NCBI RefSeq assembly: GCF_006345805.1
Contig: NW_021833786.1
Location: 1 to 55,362, forward strand
Origin: Octopus sinensis
Lineage: Eukaryota
DNA length: 55,362 nt
Direction: 5' to 3'
Shown: positions 39,719 through 52,120 of the stretch, one piece after another
Position numbering within the stretch: position 1 is the stretch's first letter
Layout of the letters: every line of letters begins with the position of its first letter
The notes under the pieces: model-generated
What the model saw: only the letters and a program-made list of their open reading frames with translations
Database searches by the model: none
Told to the model about the DNA's origin: nothing
Made by a program: the position numbers and the translations under genes

Positions 39719-42655
39719 TTTGTAATTGGAATTACTGAAAGTCATCTCAACGAAAACATCTGCAACAGCGAAATCACAATCAATAGATTCAACATCTTCA
39801 GATGTGATAGACAAGGCAGATCCCAGGGGGGCATTATCATGTATATCCATGATACCTATGCATGCATAGAACTTGTCAATGAATCAAATGCCTACTGCAA
39901 CCTGCTGTGCATAAAAATCATCCAACTTAATACAGTTGTATCAATAATGTACAGACCGCCAAACAGCCCAACATTATCCTTCACTGAGCCACTGACGAAG
40001 CTCCAACAAATTCTGGGAAACATGGCAAGTCCAATGCCAGACATTATCCTCCTTGGTGACTTCAACTTCCCTAACATCATCTGGCCACATGGACACATAC
40101 TAAAACTGGGGACAAAAGCTGAACAAATACAGGCAGCCAAACTGTTGGAAGTCACAGAGAAATTATACCTCAAACAAATGATGACAGAAGCAACAAGAAA
40201 TAATAATACGATCGACTTGGTTTTCACCAACAACGAGGACACGCTATTTGACCTTCACTCAACCCCAACAATCCTTTCAGACCACAATATTATTGAAATG
40301 CATTTACACATTGGTAATGAGCCCAATGCCACAACTCTTAAACAAAAGGACATGCCAAAGCTATGCAGGTATGATTATCACCAGGCAAATTGGGAAACTA
40401 TTAACAACCAGTTACAAATCATTGACTGGGATCTCTACCTTACTGGGCCAGATAAACACAAGAAATTCTTAAACAAGATCGAAGAAATATGTGAAAAAAA
40501 TGTTCCTCTAAAGAAAACCAAGTCCACAAAAAAACCTGTACCACGGGAGCGAAAGATCCTGATGCGCAAAAGGTCAAGACTCAGAAACAAAACATCTAAG
40601 CTGACATCAAAACATGAATTACAGAAAGTCCTTGACCAAATATACAGATTAGAAGACAATCTAAAACAACACTATGATGAAGAACGTAATAATGCAGAAA
40701 AGAGAGCCATAGAAAACATCAAGAAAAATCCAAAATGTTTCTACAGTTTTGCAAAGAAATACTCGAACACCAAGTCAACAATAGGACCTCTCCAGAGACA
40801 AAATGGGGATGTAGTGAATAACCCTATTGAAATGGCAGAAATGTTGGGTCAACAGTATGAAAGTGTCTTCAGTGAGCCATCTAAAACCATGAAGATCCAT
40901 GACCCAGGAAAATTCTTCAAGGATATCGACCATACTAAACCTACCCTATCCGACATTGATTTCAACCCAGAAGACATAGCAAGAGCTATAGACAAGCTCT
41001 CCATGCACTCGGCTGCGGGGCCTGACGGTTTCAATGCCATGATACTTAAAAACTGCAAGGTACAATTGTCGAAACCCCTTTACATGATATGGAGGAAATC
41101 TATGGAGAATGGCAAAATACCAAATACATATAAAGAAGCACACATAACTCCAATGCATAAAGGGGACAGCAAATCAAAACCAAAGAACTACCGACCAATC
41201 TCACTGACATCACACATTATCAAGGTCTTCGAAAGAATAGTTCGTGGAAAACTGGTTGAGTTCCTGGAATCCAACAATCTGATGAATTGCAACCAGCATG
41301 GATTCAGGTTAGGTAGATCATGCCTTTCCCAACTACTGGCACACCATGACCAAATCCTAGAAAATCTAGAGAATGGATACAACACAGATGTTATCTACCT
41401 CGACTTTGCCAAGGCATTTGACAAGGTAGATCATGGCATCCTGGGTCACAAACTTCGAAAGCTAGGAGTAGGAGGAAAAGTTGGTACATGGATACATGAG
41501 TTCCTTACAAATAGAACTCAAACAGTCACTGTGAATGGAACCCATTCAACACCATCACCTGTGACCAGCAGTGTTCCTCAGGGTACAGTACTCGGCCCAA
41601 TCCTGTTTCTCATCCTCATCTCTGACATAGATGAAGATACAACCAGCAACGTCTCATCCTTTGCTGATGACACCAGGGTCATGAGACAAATCAAAGACGA
41701 GGTGGATACAGAGGCCTTACAAAAGGACCTGACCACCATATATAAATGGCAGGAAACAAACAACATGTTGTTCAATGATAAGAAGTTTGAACTAATTCGC
41801 TACGGAACAGATCAAGATCTGAAAAATACAACAAACTACAGAAACCCATCAGGACAACAAATAATGGAAAAACAGTATGTGAAAGATTTAGGCATCCACA
41901 TGGGAACCAACCTAAAATTCAGAGAACACCTTGACTCAGTCTGTCTTACTGCAAGAAAGTACAGCGGGTGGATCTTGCGCACCTTCAAATCAAGAGATAC
42001 CTCAACAATGAAAACCCTCTGGAACAGTATGATACTTCCGAGGATTGACTACTGTTCTCAGTTGTGGTCACCAACAACAAAGGGCCAACTATCTAAGATA
42101 GAATCGCTCCAAAGAAATTTTACCTCATACTTCTCAGAAACGAGGGACCTGGACTATTGGCAAAGACTCAAAACCTTGAGGATGTACTCAATAGAAAGAA
42201 GATTTGAGCGATACTGAATTATATACATTTGGAAAATGATAGAGCAGAAGGTGCCAAACTTTGGTATCAAAACCTACCACTCACTGCGCCACGGAAGACG
42301 CTGCCAGCTGCCACCAATCAACAAAAAGGCTGGCCAGGCAGCAAAAACCCTGCGAGAATCAAGTCTGTTGGTTCGAGGAGCACAACTGTTCAACTCCATT
42401 CTGGTACATGTCAGAAATCTATCAGGATGCAGTGTGGAATCATTCAAATTGCAACTGGATAGATACTTAAGCACCATTAGAGATGAACCCCATCTCCCAG
42501 GATATACACAACGAGCACAAACGGACTCAAACTCGCTCCTACACATGTCAAAATTAAGCAGAGAATACAACCTGGCAACCACACCAGACTCTGAGGGTGG
42601 AGTCTTCGACTTGGCCTGAGCATGGACTCAAACCCAAATGAAATGAAATGAAATG
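39719..42655 (+). mobile_element. Young CR1/Jockey-group LINE, 5'-truncated, near-intact ORF2 (APE + RT)
   Basis: Open from FVIGITESHL (39719) through GDFNFP, SDHNII, YRPISLTS, DFAKAFDKV, VPQGTVLGP and FADDT. One in-frame TGA at 42215-42217, same frame resumes to 42619. (GAAAT)n tail at ~42637-42655. Confidence 0.95.
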
Positions 42656-43585
42656 CTTTATACAGACTTTTGACAAGTTGTAGTACACCTGAGCACTGTA
42701 TACAATAATTTCATTATTATTATATTACATTTCACATTAATTTCTAGAGTCTTGTGCCATTGCATGGCTTTGTTTGAGAAAGGTTTCACAGAAGCATGAC
42801 TAGAGTGCCAATTTCCAATTGAAGGCAACAAGGAGCTCCTGGTGGCTTCACTGAGTTTCAGAACTCAACTGGGTAATTGACTATTTCCAAGTCATCCACA
42901 ACAGTGTCTATAGATTTGGATGTTCATTTCCTGATAAAACTTTCGCAAGTCTTTCATTTAAATTATTCACAGTAATGTTCTTTGGTGGCATGATTGCTCT
43001 TTTGCACAACCATTATTTTACTCTACTAGTAAAACCCGAAATATTGTCCTATAAGGGAGTTTTTAGCATGGAATCAGCAAACTAATATTTGCTGAATGAA
43101 TAATAACTTTAAATTGATATTGTCAAAGTCATACTATATTCATCTAAGAAAAGCTATTTGTATTTATGTTTGTTGTAATACTTAAGTTCAATAAATTATA
43201 GTACATTTTGAGTTTTCCCTGAAATTTTTAGTTATCACCCTTAGATCGGTTGCTTTTTTTTTTTAGCCAGGGGTTGGCTGCACTATGTGCAACATTTTGG
43301 AAAAAGGCCCGTAAATCCTTTAGTTGGGGTACACCTAGAGACTCGGGACTTCCATTGTCTTCCTCCGAAAATTTTACACAAAAATTAACTTTTAGTTTTT
43401 GTGTAGATGCTCTAGCCTTTCTTTCTATAAATCAACACACGCACACATTGGGATGTTATATAAGCAAAAATACAACCAAGAAGAAAGATTGACAACCATG
43501 GACTATCTTTCTGCTTAATTATATTTATTTTTATGTAACTTATTTATAAGTACTTTGATACTATAAACTGCTTGTCTATCTTATT

Positions 43586-43618
<33 letters not shown>

Positions 43619-43787
43619 CATACACATATACATACATATATTATTTGTTCAGTGTATTTTAGGTAAAAACCTTGTCACACATGTTTAAGAGCTCCTATGC
43701 AATTGTATGGCTACCAAGTTATTACCTCAGGGTATTTCCAGGTGTGAACGTACATGCAAAACTTTCTTTGTAGGATTAATAAAATAA

Positions 43788-44437
43788 TAATGGTTTCAAA
43801 TTTTGCCACAAGGGCAGCAATTTTGGAGAAGGAGATGAGTCGATTTCCTCAACCCTAGTGTTTAACTGGTATTTATTTTATTGACCCCGAAAGGATGAAA
43901 GGTAAAGTCGACCTCGGAACATACCAACGGGTGAAATACTACTCAGCATTTTGTCTAGTGTGCTAACGATTCTGCCAGCTCGCCACCTTTATAACAATCT
44001 TTTCTATTATAGGCACAAGGCTTGAAATTTGTGGTGAGAGGGATAGTCAATAACATCAACCCCAGTACTTAACTGGTACTTAATTTATCGACCCTGAAAG
44101 GATGAAAGACAAAGTTGACCTCAGTGAAATTTGAACTCAGAACGTAGCGGCAGACAAAATACTGCTAAGCATTTCACCCAGTGTACTAACAAATCTGCCA
44201 CTTGTCAATAATAATAATAATCCTTTTAACTGGAGGAACAAGGCTTCAAATTTGGGGGGAGGAGACTAGTCGATTACATCAACCTCAGTGTTTCACTGGT
44301 ACTTGATTTATCAACCCGAAAAGGATGAAAGGTAAAATCGACCTCAGCAGAATTTCAACTCAGAACGTAGCAACAGGCAAAATACTGCTAAGCATTTCAT
44401 CCAGCATGCTAACAATTCTGCCAGCTTGCCACCTTAA
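43788..44437 (-). mobile_element. Three tandem SINE family A copies
   Basis: Three reverse-complement bodies separated by short (AAT)n or AT-rich spacers. Confidence 0.85.
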
Positions 44438-45282
44438 TAATAATAGTAATAATAATAATAATAACACAAGAATGAAAATTAACAGGCTTTAATAGTAGAT
44501 CATGATGTACATTTCTCCTAAGATTACTCCTAATAATTACTATGTATTTGAATATTGTTCAACATCAGTTGCTTGTGGATGCTTTATCAGATGAAGTACT
44601 ATTAAGAACTGCTAGATTTTTACCTTCTCAAACGATGTACAATACTTTCCACCAATCAAATAATTACATTCTGATGATGGGTTGTACTTATGACTAACAA
44701 ATAAAAAAAAAACCATAATAATATATATATAAATATATTCAAATAATCTACGTGTGTGTGTGTGTACACATAAATACACCTATATTTGAATGAATGTATG
44801 TCTTCATAAGTCTCCATGAATAAATGTTTTTTTTTCTTTTTTTATATAAAGCAATACAAATACTTGAAAATAAGAATATTCAATTGAATTAATCCCAGTA
44901 TATATAACTGGTACTTATTTTAGAGAAAAAGGATATAAAAGAGTCAACATCAGAAAAATTTGGATTGAGATTAATAAAGAAATTTAACTAAGTACGACAT
45001 GACTTATTGCTTGTTGGGATTCTGCCCAGTATCCTAACAATTTCTATCAAGGCAAACAGTATCTCAATGTGGCTATGCAGCTTGCTAGAAATAGCAATGA
45101 AATACTCCACCCACTAAAGTAAAAACAAATTATACTATCGTCAAAAAGGAAGAACAGATATATTGGTCGTGATTACAACACCTTTGATCATAGATCTACT
45201 CAAATCAAGTCTGGCCCAGGGTTCAACAACAATTTTTAAGATTGGAACAATGAAACACACACACACACACATATATATATAC

Positions 45283-45330
<48 letters not shown>

Positions 45331-45834
45331 TTATTATTCATTTTGGGATTATTTATATAGATAATGTATTTCTACAAACCTCAGTACATGACAGTCATGG
45401 CAGAAATTAAATTCTCAATGTAAAAAGATGTAATGAAATATATTAAGTTCATTAGTGTTACACTAGTTACTTCCCAATTAGTAAATAAATAATTATTTGT
45501 TACACTGGTGCAATACCAACTCTTCTGTCACAAGTGCATTGACAAAAGCATGAAAAGTGATGCCCAGTAAAATTTAAAAGCAGTAGACATGGATGGAACT
45601 AAATACAAGACATTTCTTTTTTTCTTTCTTTCCATCCTGCCAATTCTGACATTCACTAAAGAATGTATTCTAATCTTTTCATGAACCTCCAGTGCCCCAG
45701 GCCGTCAGTTATCTTTAGTTCTGTGATGTTGAACAGATGAGAGAGAGGAATCACTTCTTCAATAAACTGCCAGCAAACTAACATATTACTCACAGTTTTA
45801 GGATGCAGTTACTGCCGATAGAATCAGAAAATGG

Positions 45835-46260
45835 CTTTTAATCTAGGCACAAGGAAAGTCATTTTGAAGAGAGATTATTGAAGACTTATAATCCAATTCT
45901 TAACAGGTATTTTATTTTATCAACCCCAGAAAGAAGAAAGACAGAGTTGACCTCAGAAAGCAAAAAGCTAGATCAAATACTTCAAGACATTTTCCCAGTG
46001 CTCTGATGATTCTGCCAGCTCCGTATCTTCAACAACAACAACAATAGTCTCAAATTTTGGCACAAGGCCAGCAATTCTGGGTGAGGGGCAAAGTCATTCA
46101 CATTGACCCCAGTACTCGACTGGTAGTTATTTTATCAACCCCATAAGGATAAAAGGCAAAGTTGACCTCAGCAGAATTTGAACACAGAATGTACAGACAG
46201 ACAAAATGCTACTAAGCATTTTGCCCAACATGATCATGATTCTATCAGCTCACCATCTTC
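45835..46260 (-). mobile_element. Two tandem SINE family A copies
   Basis: Reverse-complement bodies at ~45835 and ~46045. Confidence 0.8.
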
Positions 46261-46712
46261 AATAATAATAATATTGTGTTATTAAGTGTCTTTGCCACAT
46301 GCAAACCATTAATCTCTTAGCTAACTATATAATATTCTATAGACAGGCACCCACATGAGTCAGAGGACCTACATTTCAAAAAGAAAAAGCCTGCCTATAC
46401 TACATTTTCTATATTTCTTAAATATAGATGAGATCCTGCACTCAAATATTTACTGTACTGGAAGCTGTCTATAGAATTTATTAGAATATTAACAATAGAT
46501 AAATAACAATCAAATAAATAGAGGAGATCTCAGAAAAATAAAATCTCTCTTTCAGTAAAGCAAGTCATACAATAAATAAATATTATCACCACCTTCACAT
46601 ACACACCATGCATCTTCTTACAAACCATATCTTGCATTAATAAACACATTGAAAATGTCTTCTCAGAGATACTGACTCCAACAATAAGCAATTTGATATG
46701 AAATTCAGTATT

Positions 46713-46842
46713 TTATCGGCAACATTTCCAAGGGGATACTTTTTGCTCCTTCAAATCAATAGTTGAGCCTTCGTCACTTTGATATACATTTTCATCTTCA
46801 TTTAGTTGTTTATACTTGACCATCATTTCATCTATTAGATAA
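46713..46842 (-). CDS. Last coding exon of a Rab32/38/29-family small GTPase, most like RAB29 (Rab7L1)
   Basis: Strong acceptor ctcttttttcctcttatttccacag, phase 2, then YLIDEMMVKYKQLNEDENVYQSDEGSTIDLKEQKVSPWKCCR-TAA. Has a CC prenylation end and resembles the RAB29 tail (LIEKMM...SSWSCC as recalled). Upstream exons were not found in the window. Confidence 0.72.
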
Positions 46843-47974
46843 CTGTGGAAATAAGAGGAAAAAGAGAAAAGAAAAACCAAAATAAAACTGACAGAGTTGT
46901 GTTCAGAAGAGGAAACAATAATAGAAATTATTTACACCTGCAAAGAGAGAGAGTTTTACAATTGAGACAATGAATGTACGGACTTACAGCGAGGAAACAA
47001 AAATAATTAATGGTGTCTAGTCACTAGGACCATATTGTGATCAAGACAGCAACCAATATGCAATCTGCTTAGTTATTAGTTACAAAAATATAGTTGACTG
47101 CTTTAATAACTAAGTGACTATACAATCTAAGAGTGTTTATTAACCTAGCTCTCAGTTCATTTCCTTTGGTTCATATAACTTGAAGTAAGACAGGCTACAA
47201 GAAATAAACATGCTTGACATGCATGACTTGGAGAAAAATTCTTGTCTGGTGCTACAATGATCCAAAGGGTTTTAGAATTTAACATCACCTCCCTAAAAGA
47301 GACCTCTCTGACTGAGTTAACAAAAGAAATGCTTACTCTATAAAGAGAGGAGTTGAAAGTTTGTATTGTTTGCATACACATTTGACTATTAGTTTCTAAG
47401 TCAACCTAAGTGTAAATTATTCCCAAAACCATTGGAGACACAGTGGTGTATAAATGATAAGAGTCCTGGGTTAAAACCTTCCTATGAGGACATAGTTAAT
47501 AACAATACTATTATTGTTAGTATTATTATTATTATTATCCAAGCTCTTTTTATTATTATTATTATCCAATGACTGAAACACACTAGTGTAGCTAGAGGGG
47601 AGCAGATGGGGTGGTACTCTTATGGAGTCAGCACCGATTTGGGGTCTGCTGTAAGCAATGTGTATTTATGGCCTGGGGGCAGAAAATTGAAAAGCTGCCC
47701 AGGGTGGCATACACTCTAGCTAAACTAGTGCTGAAATACTGGATTAAATATCTTATGGTATTTAGTTGTGTTGTGAGTTTAAATCCAGTTAGAATCTTCA
47801 ACTTTTGTTCATTTAAAGTCACTAAAATATGTATGTGTCCTTTATTAAAACAGGCCATAACTGGAGTTAATTCAATGGATATAGTACACCAGTTCTATAT
47901 CCCACTAAAATAATTGTGCAATCTCATGTCTACATGAAGAAATAAATATTTTTATCAACAGCTATAAAATTTAA

Positions 47975-48184
47975 CCCTTTAGCAATTGGATTATTCTCTC
48001 AAATGTAATACTTTTCCATTCACATTGTTTTTAATTAATCATACATTATCTCATAGCTTTGAAATTTTGATGACATGACTGAATATTTCTAGAATGGCAT
48101 TGAAGGGTAGGTGTGATAGGCTGGATCTGACTGGTCAGAGAATAAAACAGGCAGCATATTCAGGCCAGTTTAAATGCTAAACAG
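47975..48184. mobile_element. piggyBac-type MITE (inverted relative to the 4180 copy)
   Basis: TTAA|CCCTTTAGCAATT at the left, AAATGCTAAA at the right. The internal sequence is the reverse complement of the 4180 copy. Confidence 0.5.
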
Positions 48185-48517
48185 CTGACCAAAGTATAAG
48201 AATACTAATGGTCATTGAAGGCCAAGGGATCATCATATCCCATTGTTAGAAAAGAAAACACTAGTGCCTAATCTAATAATCTACTACTACTACTACTACT
48301 ATACTACTACTACGAAGAGGCTCAGAATACTTCTACCAGTAGAAAAGGAAATTAAGAGAAAAACAGGCAATGGTATTAGCTGTAAGGGATGCAAGACAAA
48401 ACCAATCCTAGAAGGGATTAAATCAAAGCAGAGACAAAAATTGTTCAAGCATACTGCATGACTAAATGTTTTATCAGCTCACAGTTTTGAGTTCAAATCT
48501 ACATGAAAAATCAATCA

Positions 48518-48562
<45 letters not shown>

Positions 48563-48887
48563 GGTTATAAGAGATAATGGTGTCATTGAGACCCAAAGGT
48601 GTCAGGTAATGCTGAATAAGTGCTATAGACAGACCATAGTTAAGTTCCAGATTTGGTAATATTGCGAATAAAGGGTTCAACGCTGGTTCTATGTCAGCAT
48701 ATGTATATAAGAATTTTTTGCATACTAAGATAAAACAACCAAGGCTGTATAAATATTAGAGCATTTATAGATAGGTCTTACAACGGAGCAGGCTGTTCCG
48801 TTGATCAGATCAACCGAAACCCTCATCGTCGTAACCGACGGAGTGCTTCCATCCATATATATATATATCCCCTGGTCGACAGTTTGC

Positions 48888-48918
<31 letters not shown>

Positions 48919-49384
48919 TTTCAGCTTCGCCTCGTATTGCATATTATTTCTCCATACAGGGGTTTTTTTCAATGGCGGCCCATTTTCGCGGGGTTCCACT
49001 GTTCTTCTCTATCTATCTCTCCCTCTCTCACGTTGTCTGCCATTCCCCCCTTCCATTGCTAAGAGCATTTTTAAGCCAGCCCGTCAGTTCAACCTTCGTA
49101 TATTCTCGGTGCACCCGCCCTTGCCCACCCCCACCACCAATACCGGATATCTCTATATTTTTGCTCCATCTATACCGGATGTCGCTTCTCCCACCACCAT
49201 TATAGGTGTCTACTCTTCGAACCCCCCTCTTTAATACGCTATTTCACCATGCATTACCCCTCTCTTGATATCCTACGTTCTACTTGCCTAGAACCTGTCA
49301 TCATTTCTCTGAACCACCCCTCCCCACTGGTGCTCCCCTATATATTTCTGCCCCCTCCCACCACATAAAAAAAAAGCACCATCC

Positions 49385-49605
49385 GAACGTGGCCGATGCC
49401 AGACCCCTCTGGCACCTGTGCAGGTGGCACGTAAAAAACACCCACTACACTCGCGGAGTGGTTGGCGTTAGGAAGGGCATCCAGCTGTAGAAACACTGCC
49501 AGACTAGACTGGAGCCTGGGGCAGTCCCTAGCTCCCCAGACCCCGGTCGAAACCGTCCAACCCATGCTAGCGCGGAAAACGGACGTTAAACGATGATGAT
49601 GATGA

Positions 49606-49610
<5 letters not shown>
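49385..49610 (+). mobile_element. RTE-associated 3' UTR repeat with (GAT)n tail
   Basis: GGAGTGGTTGGCGTTAGGAAGGGCATCCAGC...CCAACCCATGCTAGC...GACGTTAAACGATGATG. Other copies at ~22160-22535, 52130-52322(-), 53030-53390 and 53810-54495(-). Confidence 0.8.
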
Positions 49611-49642
<32 letters not shown>

Positions 49643-51399
49643 CGACAGAGGCAGTATTAACACCAAGAGGTAATTTTATTGTCCCTAAAACATGGATGTT
49701 CTGTTAGAACAAACTATACTGCAGTAGATACCATGAGAGAAACTGTTATATTGGTATTTTAGTGGAAAACAAGAGTGCATTTTGCACCAAAAGCTATAAT
49801 GTTTGCTCTAACAGAATATCCACATTTAAGCAGGGATAAATATTACCCCGTGAAATAAATCCCGATATTCATATGAGAGAGATGCTTTAGTTGTATAGCT
49901 CTCTGAAAAGTTTATTTCACTGCATGTTGCACGTAAATGCACGATACACACACACACACACAAAACCTTTATCAGTGATTAACTCCAAAAAGTATAAAAC
50001 AACTTCTTTTTTTAACATAAAGATAAAAACTAAAGAGGATGGTAATAAATGCAATAAAATTGGATGTATACACACATTTTCTTTATATATATATATATAA
50101 AATGATGCCTGTATGCAAACAGCTATGCTTCATGGCATTGAAACATGGGCTGTGACTGCAAAGGACACACAAAGGCTTGCAAGAAATTAAGTGAGTATGC
50201 ATATCCATATCTTCAGAAGTTATGCGGGTTTACACAGACACTGAATTTTCTGTATATATATATATATATCTTTTTCTTTCCCTTTTACTTGTTTGTCATT
50301 TGACTGTGGCCATGCTGGAGCACTGCCTTTAGTCGAGCAAATCAGCCCCAGGACTTATTTTTTGTAAGCCTAGTACTTATTCTATCGGTCTCTTTTGCAG
50401 AACCGCTTGTATATATTAAATACCAGTAAATACCAATTGATTAATCTTCAGTAGCAGGCACTACTCCTTCTTCTTTTGGTCTTAGATATATAAAGATTTG
50501 ATAAACTAGTCTATAAATTAAAACTGACCCCATAAAACAGTAACAAGCAAAATCTGTAACAAGTCTTTCTTCCTGATACCTTACTAGCTTCTAAGCTGAA
50601 GTGAAGACAGAATGTTCTTTGTCTATCTCCTTACCTTCTTGGAGATTTTAGGTAAAATTATACTAATGTGTCCATCTGTTTTAATTTAATTAAATTATAT
50701 GCCTTTATGCAGCTGAGGATTGCTCTGCATTTAAATTGATGTAATGATTGTATTGTTCAATTAAATGGAGTTGCTTGAAACAAGCGTACTGCATTACCTC
50801 TGGATATCCTTGTTGCTTATTTTGATTTTAATCACCTTATTTTGAAATTCTATGGATAATACTGTACTAAATTCTGGTGTCTTAATTCAAGTACCATATT
50901 CATCTGAATATGTCTGTGCATGTCTGTGTGTGCCTTTGTGTCTGTGTTTGTCCCCCCGCACAAACACACACACCACTGCTTGACAACCAATGTTGATGTG
51001 TTTATATCCTCACAATTTAGCAGTTCAGCAAAAGAGAACGATAGAATAAGTACCAGGCTTACAAAGAATAATTCCTGGTGTCAATTTCTTCAACTAAACA
51101 CACTTTCAGGTAGTGCTCTAGAATGACTGCAGTAAAATGACTGAAATAAGTCGACGTATATATATATATCAAATATGAATTAGAGAGAAAAACCACCATT
51201 ATGCAACTCAAACAGTGATAGACATAAACCAATACATAAACAACAAATAATATAAATATAATTAATAGGGGAGGAATTACAACCGTGTTTCGTGGTCTGC
51301 TACCACAACAGCTCCTTTATAGGATCCAGTTAGCTCAAGACATCATCAGGAGGAACCATGTCCGGTTTCGGCCCCTACTCCTCTACTGTTTTAACATGG

Positions 51400-52120
51400 C
51401 GCCCCCCCTCCTTTCAGAGGTGTCTTCTTTCTTCTTCTTTCTTCTGTTCCCTGGCCTCTTCGATGTAGCCGGTGATTGACTGTCTTGTCAAATTTTTTTC
51501 TTTAAATACCTGCTGCATAGGCTCCAGCAGGCAGCCCCAGCAAGTTGTCACGTGACACTGTCTCACCTTAACTGACTAGTGAAGGCGCGTAGTTTTAGCC
51601 TGCGCTTTTTCTAAACGACCGTCACCTGTCAGTCAGCTTGTCTCACCTAATGATGTTATTTCCCGTCGGCATGTTTATGACTTTCAAGCCATTTTCGGTC
51701 TTCCCGCTTCAGCCATATATAGAAGCTGGCTTTTTCGACCGCCTCCTGTACTCTCCTTATTAGTTTACGCAGCTCGGGGCTAGAAAAAACAAATTTTTTT
51801 TTGAAAAGCGTTGTCATTTTCTTTTCAATGAAGCCTCTAGCCCCCACTGCCAGGTGATAATATTCGACATTCCATCCCTGTTCTCTGCATTCTTCGATTA
51901 GCTTTTCATACCTCTTCTCCTTTCATTCCTCTGCATTGCCGATGTTCTCTTCCCAAGGTACTGTCAGTTCTAGTAAAATTCTCGTTCTCCGGTCTCTGTT
52001 CTAAAGAACTAAATCCAGTCTTTTTGTTGTTTTTATTAGTGGAAATATTACTTGTCTTTCCAAGTCCGTGGCCACCTCCCAGTATCCCTTCCATCTTTCA
52101 TCTATCTCGTATACTTTACT
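51400..52120 (-). mobile_element. Hero/NeSL-like (restriction-like endonuclease) non-LTR 3' fragment
   Basis: LDLVL...LLELTVPWEEN...KRYEKLIEECREQGW...AVGARGF...KASFYIWLKR, with stops. Confidence 0.8.

Noticed and set aside
48860-49385. C-rich segment with 116-134-aa ORFs
   Set aside because: The ORFs start in an (ATT)n repeat and show no motifs. It is probably an unrecognised repeat, which I cannot classify without a search.
50770-50900. Phase-2 donor as the penultimate Rab exon
   Set aside because: The translation (…KISNKDIQR) lacks the ETSVK/TSAK motif, so the real exon is probably outside the window.
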